From Squalus acanthias (Eukaryota): DNA of 64,000 nt. Shown one piece after another: positions 25,182 to 37,146 of the stretch. The notes beneath the pieces are model-generated. The model ran no database searches. It was not told where the DNA came from and saw nothing but the letters and a program-made list of their open reading frames with translations. The stretch spans positions 130,512,001-130,576,000 of the forward strand of contig CM059432.1 in NCBI GenBank assembly GCA_030390025.1, in the 5' to 3' direction. How positions within the stretch are numbered: the first letter of the stretch is position 1; each line of letters begins with the position of its first letter. A program made the position numbers and the translations under genes.

Positions 25182-27051
25182 ACTGTGGAGCCTTTTTGAG
25201 TTTTTGGTATGTTGAGCTAATAATACCAAATGTAAAACCAAGAGTGAAGCACATGGAGGAGGTGATGTAATGGCCTTTTAGCTGAGCTTAAAAAGCGATA
25301 CCACTGTAAGAAAGTTAGGAAAGGAAAGAAGGTGGAGCTCAACTGGCTGTAACGTGCGTTCTTCTGCAGCACTTTTTGTAATCTCAGTGTTGGTTTGTTC
25401 ATTTAGCCCTCAATAAGCCCGCAAGTGTTTGATTCTGTGTTTCGAGCTCATTCTTGACACAGGACTGCAGCCTGTGTCTATTTTATTACCAAAATACATT
25501 TGCAATACAACCAATTCTGCAACCCAATTCCTGAAAGAAACAATTTAAAACCCAAAAATACTCAAATGGAGATTTTTTTTTAATTGAACAATTATTTTGT
25601 GTAATCCAGCCCTACATAATTGACTTGGCTTGAAGACTCACCACAACAAAACCGAAGAGTTTGTAGCACAATACGTGAACGTGAGCCTCGACCATTTGTG
25701 ACCAGATCTCACAAACTCCTGCCACTGCAGTAATGGAATAAACACATCAAGGAAGCACAAGTATCTCAAACCACTGTAAACACTATATTAAGGCTAAAGC
25801 AGTTATTCCTGTAGCGTGTCACTACCAAATTTTACTATTTATGATCAAATCATTAATGGTTTATACTGTGATTAGGAGTGAAAAAACAAGATAAACCTCT
25901 AAATTGTTCGTATATTGGCAACAATGTTAGCCACATTAGGGAGATTTTTAAAAAACTGTCAATTTTGTGCAGAAGATAAGGGATGTTATTTCTGGGGAAA
26001 GGAACACTTTCTATCTCAGGGCACTTCCCTGTCAGCATCCAACCTGAGCCCCCAATCTACTGCAACACTAGTTTCGCATTTTCCCATTTCCCCCCCAAAC
26101 ACCATTTCTGAGTGAGACTATAATTGGTGCAATTAGAGGTAGGTTTGTATCGTGAGCCCATGCCCACCAAGGACTAGATTAACATTGCCCAAACTCATTT
26201 CACATAGAATTATTCGGACAGCAAAAACTTTCATTCCATCAGTCTGGATTTGGACCTAGCGATAAGTATGTATGCACATCACTATCCATACTCACAGTAA
26301 CAGGAATTTTTACAAACTCACCCAGGTGCTGCAAAATATGATTTAAAAAAGCACTAGAGCTATTAATGTTATATTGATTAAGTTCCTGATAATGACAAAT
26401 ACTCAATGAAGACTTAGTGAGCAGCCTGTAACCAGACCATAGATACAATTAGCCTATTGACACTAATTCTAAGGTCATGCTATATTGCCCCGGCCTAAGC
26501 CATTATTAGTGATTGTCTGTAACTATCATAGAATGTCTCCTTGTATGTTCCTAGTGTTTTAAATAGATGCTGACTGCTAGTTTTCTATTTGTGCTGCTCA
26601 CAGCAATGATTGCCCTCCAGTACCTCAGCCAAGTAACTACAATTCACACGTCAATCTTGGCAGTGAATGCTGGGAGACTATCCAACTGTGGAGGATATCA
26701 TTACTGAACCTGATCCAGTCCTCAACCAGACATCTGCAGAAACACAGTTCCATCGGGTCTCACTGTCGGCAATCAGAACTGAGAACCCTGGGCAATTTTC
26801 CCTACCATACAAGGGGATGACTGCAGCTAACTGTACAGTCCATTATCACTGTCCCAGATGAGAACAAGGAGCTCAGTACGCAGCAGGGATCGCACCTGGA
26901 GCTTTCTTTGTCTGGATGGCTCAGAGACAGGCATTCGACCTGGTAAACATTGGGGTGGCAAACTGTATCGATCTGGCTTCAGTTGCAACCAATAACCAAT
27001 CGATTTGGAGCATTACCATATGGTTGACAGTCATTTGTGAATAATCACTTC

Positions 27052-28218
27052 CAGGAGTGGGGCCGATTCGGGACCAAAAAGGAGACCTACGCATGGAGGG
27101 AGAGGGTATGGCTGAGGTACTAAATGAGTACTTTGCATCTGTCTTTACCAAGGAAGAAGATGCTGCCAAAGTCATAGTGAAAGAGGAGGTAGTGGAGATA
27201 CTGGATGGGATAAAAATTGATAAAGAGGAGGTACTAGAAAGGCTGGCTGTACTTAAAGTAGATAAGTCACCAGGACCGGATGGGATGCATCCTAGGATGC
27301 TGAGGGAAGTAAGGGTGGAAATTGCGGAGGTACTGGCCATGATCTTCCAATCCTTAGATATAGGGGAGTGGTGCCAGAGGACTGGAGAATTGCAAATGTT
27401 ACACCCTTGCTCAAAAACGGCTGTAAGGATAAACCCAGCAATTACAGATCAGTTAGTTTAACCTCAGTAGTGGGGAAGCTTTTAGAAATGATAATCTGGG
27501 ACAGAATTAACAGTCACTTGGACAAGTGTGGATTAATTAAGGAAAGCCAGAACGGATTTGTTAAAGGCAAATCCTGTTTAACAAAGTTGACTGAGTTTTT
27601 TGATGAGGTAACAGAGAGAGTTGATGAGGGCAATGCGGTTGATGTGGTGCACATAGACTTCCAAAAGGCATTTCATAAAGTGCCACATAATAGGTTTGCC
27701 TGCAAAGTTGAAGCCCATGGAATAAAAGGGACAGTGGCAGCATGGATACGAAATTGGCTAAGTGACAGGAAACAGAGAGTAGTGGTGAATGGTTGTTTTT
27801 CAGACTGGAGGAAGGTATACAGTGGTGTTACCCAGGGGTCAGTACTAGGACCACTGCTTTTCTTGATATATATTGACTTCGACTTGGGTGTACAGGGCAC
27901 AATTTCAAAATCTGCAGATGACCCAAAACTTGGAAGTAGTGAACAGTGAGGAGGATAGTGATAGACTTCAAGAGGACATAGACAGGCTGAATGGGCAGAC
28001 ACGTAGCAGATGAAATTTAACGCAGAAAAGCGCAAAGTGATACATTTTAGTAGGAAGAACGAGGAGAGGCAATATAAACTAAAGGGTACAATTCTAAAGG
28101 GGGTGCATAAACAGAGAGACCTGGGGGTATATGTGCACAAATCGTTGAAGGTGGCAGAGCAAGTTGAGAAAGCAGTTAAAAAAAAAGCCTCTGGGATCCT
28201 GGGCTTCATAAATAGAGG
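27052..28218 (+). mobile_element. 5'-truncated CR1, part upstream of the PLE insertion
   Basis: RT ORFs at 27057-27461, 27368-27949 and 28010-28264, ending ...ASGILGFINRG. Confidence 0.9.
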
Positions 28219-28310
28219 TCATGATGTGGAGATGCCGGCGTTGGACTGGGGTGGACAAAAATGAGAAGTCGCACAACACCAGGTTATAGTCCAACAGATT
28301 TATTTCAAAT

Positions 28311-28346
28311 TACAAGCTTTCGGAGCTGTCGCCCCTTCCTCAGGTA
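28311..28346 (-). ncRNA. Minimal hammerhead ribozyme, mirror copy in the left PLE-A arm
   Basis: Exact reverse complement of 33902-33937. Confidence 0.8.
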
Positions 28347-28577
28347 GAGTAGCTGTGAGAGAATCTCCCAGAATTCACAATATAAACACAGAAAAAATGT
28401 ATTCAAATCTTTCCCTACATCAAAGACACACTAAGAGCACAGCCAAGACAATGAGATGTGTCCCAGGGGGTCCAACGTGTCAAAACACCTGCTGGCTGCA
28501 TATCCTCTGCAGTTGAGTTTGGTTCTTGTGTTAGATTTTTTTTTTAAAAAGCTGGAAAGACCGGCCATGATGTCAAG

Positions 28578-30931
28578 TCACGTTCTGTATCGTGACATGA
28601 ACCCGATATCGCGATTGAGGCCATCCTCATGAGTGCGGAACTTGGCTATCAGTTTCTGCTCTATGATTTTGCGCTGTCGGGTATCCCGAAGGCCGCCTTG
28701 GAGAACGCTTACCCGCAGATCCGAGGCTGAATGCCCCTGACTGCTGAAGTGTTCCCCGACTGGGAGGCAACCCTCCTGCCTGGCGATTGTTGCGCGGTGT
28801 CCGTTCATACGTTGTCTCAGTGTCTGCATGGTCTCGCCGATGTACCATGCTCTGGGGCATCCTTTACTGCAACGTATCAGGTAGACAACGTTGGCCGAGT
28901 CACATGAGTATGTACCGTGTACCTGGTGGGTAGTGTCCTCACGTGTGATGATGGTATCTGTGTCCATGATCTGGCATGTCTTGCAGAGGTTGCCGTGGCA
29001 GGGTTGTGTGGTGTCGTGGTTGCTGTTCTCCTGAAAGATGGGTAATCTGCTGCGAACGATGGTACTTTTGAGGTTAGGCGGCTGCTTGAAGGCGAGTAGT
29101 GGAGGCGTGGGGATGGCCTTAGCAAGGTGTTCGTCGTCATCGATGACATGTTGAAGGCTGCGAAGAACATGGCGTAGTTTTTCTGCTCCGGGGAAGTACT
29201 GGACGACGTAGGGTACTCTGTTGGTTGTGTCCCGTGTTCGTCTTCTGAGGAGGTCTATGCGGTTTTTCGCTGTGGCCCGTCGGAACTGTCGATCGACGAG
29301 TCGAGCGTCATATCCCGTTCTTACGAGGGCGTCTTTCAGTGTCCGTAGGTGTCCATCGCGTTCCTCCTCGTCTGAGCAGATCCTGTGTATTCGCAGGGCT
29401 TGTCCATAGGGGATGGCTTCTTTAACGTGGTTAGGGTGGAAGCTGGAGAAGTGGAGCATCGTGAGGTTGTCCGTGGGCTTGCGGTAGAGTGAAGTGCTGA
29501 GGCGTCCGTCTTTGATGGAGATTCGTGTGTCCAAGAATGAAACCGATTCTGAGGAGTAGTCCATGGTGAGTTTGATGGTGGGATGGAACCTGTTGATGCT
29601 ATCGTGTAGTCCTTTCAGTGATCCTTCGCCGTGGGTCCAAAGGAAGAAGATGTCGTCGATGTATCTGGTGTACAGCGTTGGTTGGAGGTCCTGTGCAGCG
29701 AAGAAGTCTTGCTCGAACTTGTGCATGAAGATGTTGGCGTATTGGGGTGCGAATTTGGTCCCCATGGCTGTTCCGTGTGTTTGGGTAAAAAAATGGTTGT
29801 CGAAGGTGAAGACATTGTGGTCAAGGATGAAGCGGATGAGTTGTAGGATGGCGTCCGGAGATTGGCTGTTGTTGGTGTTGAGTACTGAGGCTGTCGCAGC
29901 GATGCCGTCATTGTGGGGGATATTGGTGTAGAGTGCCGATACGTCCATTGTGACGAGGAGTGTTCCTGGTTCAACTGGTCCATGGGTGCTGAGTTTCTGC
30001 AAGAAGTCTGTAGTGTCGCGACAGAAGCTGGGGGTTCCCTGTACGATGGGTTTCAGGATGCCCTCGACGTACCCAGAGAGGTTCTCACACAGGGTTCCGT
30101 TGCCTGATACGATAGGACGTCCGGGTGTGTTGGCTTTGTGTATCTTTGGGAGGCAGTAAAAGTCTCCTACGCGGGGAGTACGTGGGATGAGAGCGCGTAG
30201 GATGTTTTGAAGGTCTGGATCGAAGGTCTTGATCAGTCTATTGAGTTGGCGGGTGTGTTCTTTGGTCGGATCTGCGGGTAGCTGTCTGTAGTGTTCCTGG
30301 TTGTCCAGTTGTCGGTATGCTTCTTTGCAATAGTCCATTCTGTTCTGTATGACGATGGCTCCTCCTTTGTCCGCTGGTTTGATGACGATGTTGCGGTTGG
30401 TCTTGAGAGCGTGGATGGCGTTGCGTTGTGCTCGGGTGACATTCTGGACTGTCTTGAGTACGGCTGATGAATCTGGCGTTGATGCATTTCCTGACAGCTT
30501 GAGCACACATGACAAGCTTAGGGCAGCGACCCTCCGGAGGGGTCCAATTTGACTCTTTCTTCCTCGGTTGTAGCACTGCGGTTCCCTCTGTCTGCTGTTC
30601 CGGATCATTGATTGTCTCATTAGGAATGTTGCTGACATCTTGGGATTTGTGGTAGTATTCCCGGATCCTCATTCTCCTGATGAATTCCTCTGTGTCCGCC
30701 GCGAGACCGATGGAGTCCATTTTGGTGGTGGGGCAGAACTTGAGCCCTAGGGCGAGAACTTCGATTTCGTCTGGTTGAAGGGTGTGGTCCGACAGGTTGA
30801 CGATGGACTTCCCTGTGGTTGCAACCGTGGTACCGGGGGAGGCTTGGTTGCAGCTGGTGGTTACGCCGAGTTTCTCAAGCTTCCTGTTCTTGATGCGCAT
30901 GTAGGCAGCGTAGTTCCGTTGCCTCGTCTGT
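28578..30931 (-). pseudogene. PLE-A left arm: 5'-truncated RT + GIY-YIG endonuclease ORF
   Basis: RT motifs LVTMDVSALYTNIP, HGTAMGTKFAPQYANIFM and YTRYIDDIFFLW. GIY-YIG NVVYLIRCSKGCPRAWYIGET. Open from about 30455 to the stop at 28578, with one frameshift near 30456. Confidence 0.9.
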
Positions 30932-30989
30932 GGTGTTGTGCGACTTCTCATTTTTGTCCACCTCAGTCCAACGCCGGCATCTCCACATC

Positions 30990-33670
30990 ATGACCTCTAT
31001 TGACACCGCAAACTGCCGGCTCAAAGCGGAGAGAATCGCCAAGAAGATCGCGCATATTGACACAGACATCAAGTACCTGCAGAGATGCAAGAAAGCAGAC
31101 AAGATTCCGAAAGGACTACAGATCACGAACCCACTCAAGTCGACATACAACACAGACTACGCTGAGAGACTTTGCCGTCGTACCTCTCGCACACTCCTCA
31201 ACCATCTCGTACACCAGCTCTACAGCAGACGTTGCAACCTCGAAACCAAGATAGAGTCCATGCTCTCAGCCTGTGCTCAGGACACAGCAGACCAGCTACG
31301 AGACACCGCCAAACAGACGAGGCAACGGAACTACGCTGCCTACATGCGCATCAAGAACAGGAAGCTTGAGAAACTCGGCGTAACCACCAGCTGCAACCAA
31401 GCCTCCCCCGGTACCACGGTTGCAACCACAGGGAAGTCCATCGTCAACCTGTCGGACCACACCCTTCAACCAGACGAAATCGAAGTTCTCGCCCTAGGGC
31501 TCAAGTTCTGCCCCACCACCAAAATGGACTCCATCGGTCTCGCGGCGGACACAGAGGAATTCATCAGGAGAATGAGGATCCGGGAATACTACCACAAATC
31601 CCAAGATGTCAGCAACATTCCTAATGAGACAATCAATGATCCGGAACAGCAGACAGAGGGAACCGCAGTGCTACAACCGAGGAAGAAAGAGTCAAATTGG
31701 ACCCCTCCGGAGGGTCGCTGCCCTAAGCTTGACATGTGTGCTCAAGCTGTCAGGAAATGCATCAACGCCAGATTCATCAGCCGTACTCAAGACAGTCCAG
31801 AATGTCACCCGAGCACAACGCAACGCCATCCACGCTCTCAAGACCAACCGCAACATCGTCATCAAACCAGCGGACAAAGGAGGAGCCATCGTCATACAGA
31901 ACAGAATGGACTATTGCAAAGAAGCATACCGACAACTGGACAACCAGGAACACTACAGACAGCTACCCGCAGATCCGACCAAAGAACACACCCGCCAACT
32001 CAATAGACTGATCAAGACCTTCGATCCAGACCTTCAAAACATCCTACGCGCTCTCATCCCACGTACTCCCCGCGTAGGAGACTTCTACTGCCTCCCAAAG
32101 ATACACAAAGCCAACACACCCGGACGTCCTATCGTATCAGGCAACGGAACCCTGTGTGAGAACCTCTCTGGGTACGTCGAGGGCATCCTGAAACCCATCG
32201 TACAGGGAACCCCCAGCTTCTGTCGCGACACTACAGACTTCTTGCAGAAACTCAGCACCCATGGACCAGTTGAACCAGGAACACTCCTCGTCACGATGGA
32301 CGTATCGGCACTCTACACCAATATCCCCCACAATGACGGCATCGCTGCGACAGCCTCAGTACTCAACACCAACAACAGCCAATCTCCGGACGCCATCCTA
32401 CAACTCATCCGCTTCATCCTTGACCACAATGTCTTCACCTTCGACGACCATTTTTTTACCCAAACACACGGAACAGCCATGGGGACCAAATTCGCACCCC
32501 AATACGCCAACATCTTCATGCACAAGTTCGAGCAAGACTTCTTCGCTGCACAGGACCTCCAACCAACGCTGTACACCAGATACATCGACGACATCTTCTT
32601 CCTTTGGACCCACGGCGAAGGATCACTGAAAGGACTACACGATAGCATCAACAGGTTCCATCCCACCATCAAACTCACCATGGACTACTCCTCAGAATCG
32701 GTTTCATTCTTGGACACACGAATCTCCATCAAAGACGGACGCCTCAGCACTTCACTCTACCGCAAGCCCACGGACAACCTCACGATGCTCCACTTCTCCA
32801 GCTTCCACCCTAACCACGTTAAAGAAGCCATCCCCTATGGACAAGCCCTGCGAATACACAGGATCTGCTCAGACGAGGAGGAACGCGATGGACACCTACG
32901 GACACTGAAAGACGCCCTCGTAAGAACGGGATATGACGCTCGACTCGTCGATCGACAGTTCCGACGGGCCACAGCGAAAAACCGCATAGACCTCCTCAGA
33001 AGACGAACACGGGACACAACCAACAGAGTACCCTACGTCGTCCAGTACTTCCCCGGAGCGGAAAAACTACGCCATGTTCTTCGCAGCCTTCAACATGTCA
33101 TCGATGACGACGAACACCTTGCTAAGGCCATCCCCACGCCTCCACTACTCGCCTTCAAGCAGCCGCCTAACCTCAAAAGTACCATCGTTCGCAGCAGATT
33201 ACCCATCTTTCAGGAGAACAGCAACCACGACACCACACAACCCTGCCACGGCAACCTCTGCAAGACATGCCAGATCATGGACACAGATACCATCATCACA
33301 CGTGAGGACACTACCCACCAGGTACATGGTACATACTCATGTGACTCGGCCAACCTGAGTTGTCTACCTGATACGTTGCAGTAAAGGATGCCCCAGAGCA
33401 TGGTACATCGGCGAGACCATGCAGACACTGAGACAACGTATGAACGGACACCGCGCAACAATCGCCAGGCAGGAGGGTTGCCTCCCAGTCGGGGAACACT
33501 TCAGCAGTCAGGGGCATTCAGCCTCGGATCTGCGGGTAAGCGTTCTCCAAGGCGGCCTTCGGGATACACGACAGCGCAAAATCATAGAGCAGAAACTGAT
33601 AGCCAAGTTCCGCACTCATGAGGATGGCCTCAATCGCGATATCGGGTTCATGTCACGATACAGAACGTGA
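30990..33670 (+). pseudogene. PLE-A right arm: full-length ORF (about 890 aa if repaired) with two frameshifts
   Basis: ATG at 30990 (MTSIDTANCRL). Frameshift near 31788 and a 4-bp insertion CTGA at 33355-33358. Same RT and GIY-YIG motifs as the left arm. Confidence 0.9.
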
Positions 33671-33901
33671 CTTGACATCATGGCCGGTCTTTCCAGCTTT
33701 TTAAAAAAAAAATCTAACACAAGAACCAAACTCAACTGCAGAGGATATGCAGCCAGCAGGTGTTTTGACACGTTGGACCCCCTGGGACACATCTCATTGT
33801 CTTGGCTGTGCTCTTAGTGTGTCTTTGATGTAGGGAAAGATTTGAATACATTTTTTCTGTGTTTATATTGTGAATTCTGGGAGATTCTCTCACAGCTACT
33901 C

Positions 33902-33937
33902 TACCTGAGGAAGGGGCGACAGCTCCGAAAGCTTGTA
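33902..33937 (+). ncRNA. Minimal type I hammerhead ribozyme in the PLE-A pseudo-LTR
   Basis: tac-CTGAGGA-a-ggggc(gaca)gctcc-GAAA-gc-tt-gta: conserved core, 5-bp stem II, loopless palindromic stem III, and tac/gta stem I. Confidence 0.8.
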
Positions 33938-33991
33938 ATTTTAAATAAATCTGTTGGACTATAACCTGGTGTTGTGCGACTTCTCATTTTT

Positions 33992-34577
33992 ATAAATAGA
34001 GGCATAGAGTACAAAAGCAAGGAAGTTATGATGAACCTTTATAAAGCAATGGTTCAGCCTCAACTGAAGTACTGTGTTCAATTCTGGGCACCGCACTTTA
34101 GGAAGGATGTGAAGGCCTTAGCGAGGGTGCAGAAAAGATTTACAAGAATGGTTCCAGGGATGAGGGACTTCAGTTACGTGGATAGACTGGAGAAGCTGGG
34201 ATTGTTCTCCTTTGAGCAGAGAAGGTTGAGAGGAGATTTGATACAGGAGTTCAAATTCATGAGGGGTCTAAACAGAGTAGATAGAGAGAAACTGTTTCCA
34301 ATGGCAGAAGGGTTGAGAACCAGAAGAGACAGATTTAAGGTGACTGGCAGAAGAACCAAAGGTGACATAAGGAAAAACTTTTTTACGCAGTGAGTGGTTA
34401 TGATCTGGAATGCACTGCCCAAAAGGGAATTGGATAAGTACCTGAAGGAAAAAAAATTGCAAGGCTACGGGAAAAGGGCGGGAGAGTGGGACTAGCTAAA
34501 GTGCTCTTGCAGAGAGCCGGCACGGGCTCGACGGGCCGAATGGTCTCCTTCTGTGCTGTAACCATTCTATGATTCTA
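33992..34577 (+). mobile_element. Same CR1, part downstream of the PLE insertion
   Basis: Resumes at INRGIEYKSKEVMMNLYK and ends ATTCTATGATTCTA. Confidence 0.9.
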
Positions 34578-34809
34578 GATGGTAACTATCACTGCCAGCG
34601 ATCAAGAATTTTTTTTTAAACCAGTGTTAACATTTGAATTCTGAGTATTTCTGTGAACACAAAACACTTATTGCAGGTTATTTAAAATCATTGTTAATAC
34701 TGCCCCCTGCTGAAAGATGCTTAAAACACATCTGTAATATTAAGCTAGTACAGTAAGTTAAAACACAGCAATATCCACCTTGTGGCCACTGAAGTTAATT
34801 ATGCCCAAA

Positions 34810-36185
34810 GGATTTTAAAGATCCTTACGCCCCCCCACCTCATTGAATTTCGAGCTTGGCATAATGCTGAGCTCTCCTTCTGTCGCCTTCACCTCCGTGC
34901 CCATTTCTTTGGCCAGGAGTCTTCCTCCGCACAGCAGACCCTTTCTCCCGTCGTCAGAATTTTCGTTTCACCTGGTCACTTCCCTCTGGCCTCTTACCCT
35001 CTCTTGATCTTTTCATCGCGAACTGCCAGCATGACACTGGCCATCTCAATTTCTCTGCTCCCCTCACTCACTCTAACCTAGCTCCCTCTGAACGTGCAGC
35101 AGTCCGTTCTCTCAGGTCCAACCCAGACATGGTCATTAAACCTGTTGACAAGGGTGACGCTGTTGTTGTTTGGCGAACAGACCTCTAACTTGTGGAGGCT
35201 GAACGCCAACTCCCTGACATCTCGTCCTAGACCACCACCCCACCACCAAACATCAAGCCGTCGTTTACTAACCGTCACTGACCTCATCTCCTCTGGAGAT
35301 TTCCCCCCCCCACATCGCACAGCCTCCAACTTCAGAGTCCTCGAACCCCGCACAGCCCACTTCTACCTCCATCCCAAGATCCACAAACAGGACTGCCCTG
35401 GTAGACACATTGTTTCAGCCTGTTCTTGCCCCACGGAACATATTTCTTCCTATCTCGACTCTATTTTTTCTCTCCTTGTCCAGTCTCTTCCCACCTACGT
35501 CCACGACACTTCCGACGCAATCCACCACTTTAACAGTTTCCTAACCCTAACTGCTTCTTCCTTGAACGGAAGCCCAACCAGTCCGCATCCTCCACCATCC
35601 TCCTCCGTCTGGCTGAAATTGTTCTTACATTGAACAACTTTTCCTTTGACTCCTCTCATTTCCTCCAAATAAAAGGTGTTATGGGAACCCATATGGGTCC
35701 TAGCTATGCCTGCCTTTTCGTGGGATATATGGAACATTCTTTGCTCCAGTCCTACTCAGGTCACCTCCCTCATCTCAACAGTTTCAGATCACAAGCACCA
35801 CTCCCACTTTTTTGGACAGCAGGAGCTGGTAATGAACCTGCTGTTGCCATTTACATCTCCTCTAGACCCATCTTTTGTTTCTTTACTTGTCCCGTTACCA
35901 CCCCCTTTTCCCTCGCATCATCATACCTTTTGTCATTTAATCACTCCTGCCTTCCAACCCATCACAGACCTTCCCTTTTGTTCTTTCCTCCCCTCCCCAC
36001 TTTCCCTGCCTCTACTTGCTTAAAACCGGTTACATCTGTAATATTTTCCAGTTCTGACAAAAGGTCATCGACCTGAAACGTTAACTCTGTTTCTCTCTCC
36101 ACAGATGCTGCCTGACCTGCTGAGTATTTCCAGCATTTTCTGTTTTTATTTCAGATTTCCAGTATCCGCAGTGTTTTGTTTTCGT
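34810..36185 (+). mobile_element. Internally deleted PLE family B copy
   Basis: FYLHPKIHKQDCPGRHIVSAC and MGTHMGPSYACLFVG, with a pseudo-LTR carrying a mutated hammerhead at 36050-36086. Confidence 0.85.
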
Positions 36186-36699
36186 GTTAAAAATCCCACG
36201 AATGTGAGACACACTACCCCTGTTCCACCATGAGGTTTCTGTCACTGGGAAACTGTTAAAGAGCATGTGGAGAAGCTGTTTGATTTGGGGGTTTTTTTTT
36301 GTTCTGAGTCAGAACCAATACTTGTTGAATCAAAGGTCCAAGAGTTATGAGATTATTACAATAAGGAGCTAGTATACCCTACCCTATTTTAATGTGAATA
36401 AGAACATCCTGTTTTAGGGGCCCAATTAACTCGCTTACGATTAGCAACCAAACTGGTGAGTTTCAATAACAGGCACCGATTCCACAAAACTCTACATTGA
36501 ATGGCTTATCCTGAGTTTAATCCACAGCGGGCTGATTCCACAATTGAAGTCTACTGTCATTAGAATAATTGGGAAAATATATGCAGGTAGCTTTTATGGG
36601 ACAGGGAAAGATAATGGGAAGACTACAACAGCAAGACAAACGGTGAAAGACCCCTGTCCGACACCCAGAAAAACTTTGTTTTTCAAGTTAGTTTCCTCA

Positions 36700-37146
36700 G
36701 TGTCAGCTTTGACTCAGTGGTCGCACTCTTGTCTTTCGGCGCCTTCACGTTGTGGGTTCAAGCCACACACAGAGCAAGGTCTCAAACAGCTGAGATGAAT
36801 GACCAAGCTAATCTGTTTTTGGTGGTGCTGGTTGAAAGATAAATGTTAACCAGGACACCAGGAGAATTCCCTTGCTCTTCTTCAAATAGTTCCATGACAC
36901 CTGGTTTAACATTTCTTTGATAAAGGACTTCAGCACAGTATCTAGGATGACACTTCAGAGCAGTACTGAAGGGAGTGCTCCACTGGTGGAGGTGCCGTTT
37001 CTCGGATTAGCTGGTCATTCATCTCATGGCTGTTTGTGGGACCTTGCTGTGCATTAAGTGGATGCCATATTATCCTACAAAACAATAGTGACTACGCTTC
37101 AGAAGTAATTTATTGGCTGTAACGTGCTTTGGGACGTCCTGAGGAC
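36700..37146 (+). mobile_element. Degenerate, rearranged DeuSINE
   Basis: Head and 3' part match 22598-23066. Confidence 0.6.

Larger units (their letters stand above)
28219..33991. mobile_element. Penelope-like retroelement (family A, probably Poseidon/Penelope clade) inserted as an inverted dimer
   Basis: Mirror-image RT and GIY-YIG ORFs on both strands. Interrupts a CR1 whose sequence resumes at 33992. ATAAATAGAGG occurs at 28208-28218 and 33992-34002. Confidence 0.93.

Noticed and set aside
26239..26448. Peptide QELNQY...FLNHILQHL as the next NSMCE2 exon
   Set aside because: Only a superficial match, with no convincing acceptor and a donor phase that does not fit the expected exon.
29221..33517. 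Many antisense and alternative-frame ORFs within the PLE (and similar ones in CR1 and Harbinger)
   Set aside because: Shadow ORFs of GC-rich coding sequence, duplicated only because of the inverted repeat.
28219..33991. Palindrome as a pure sequencing fold-back artefact
   Set aside because: The arms differ by several substitutions and a 4-bp indel, the outer ends are asymmetric in the same way as other local PLE insertions, and the host CR1 resumes with a duplication. Read-level confirmation is still needed.
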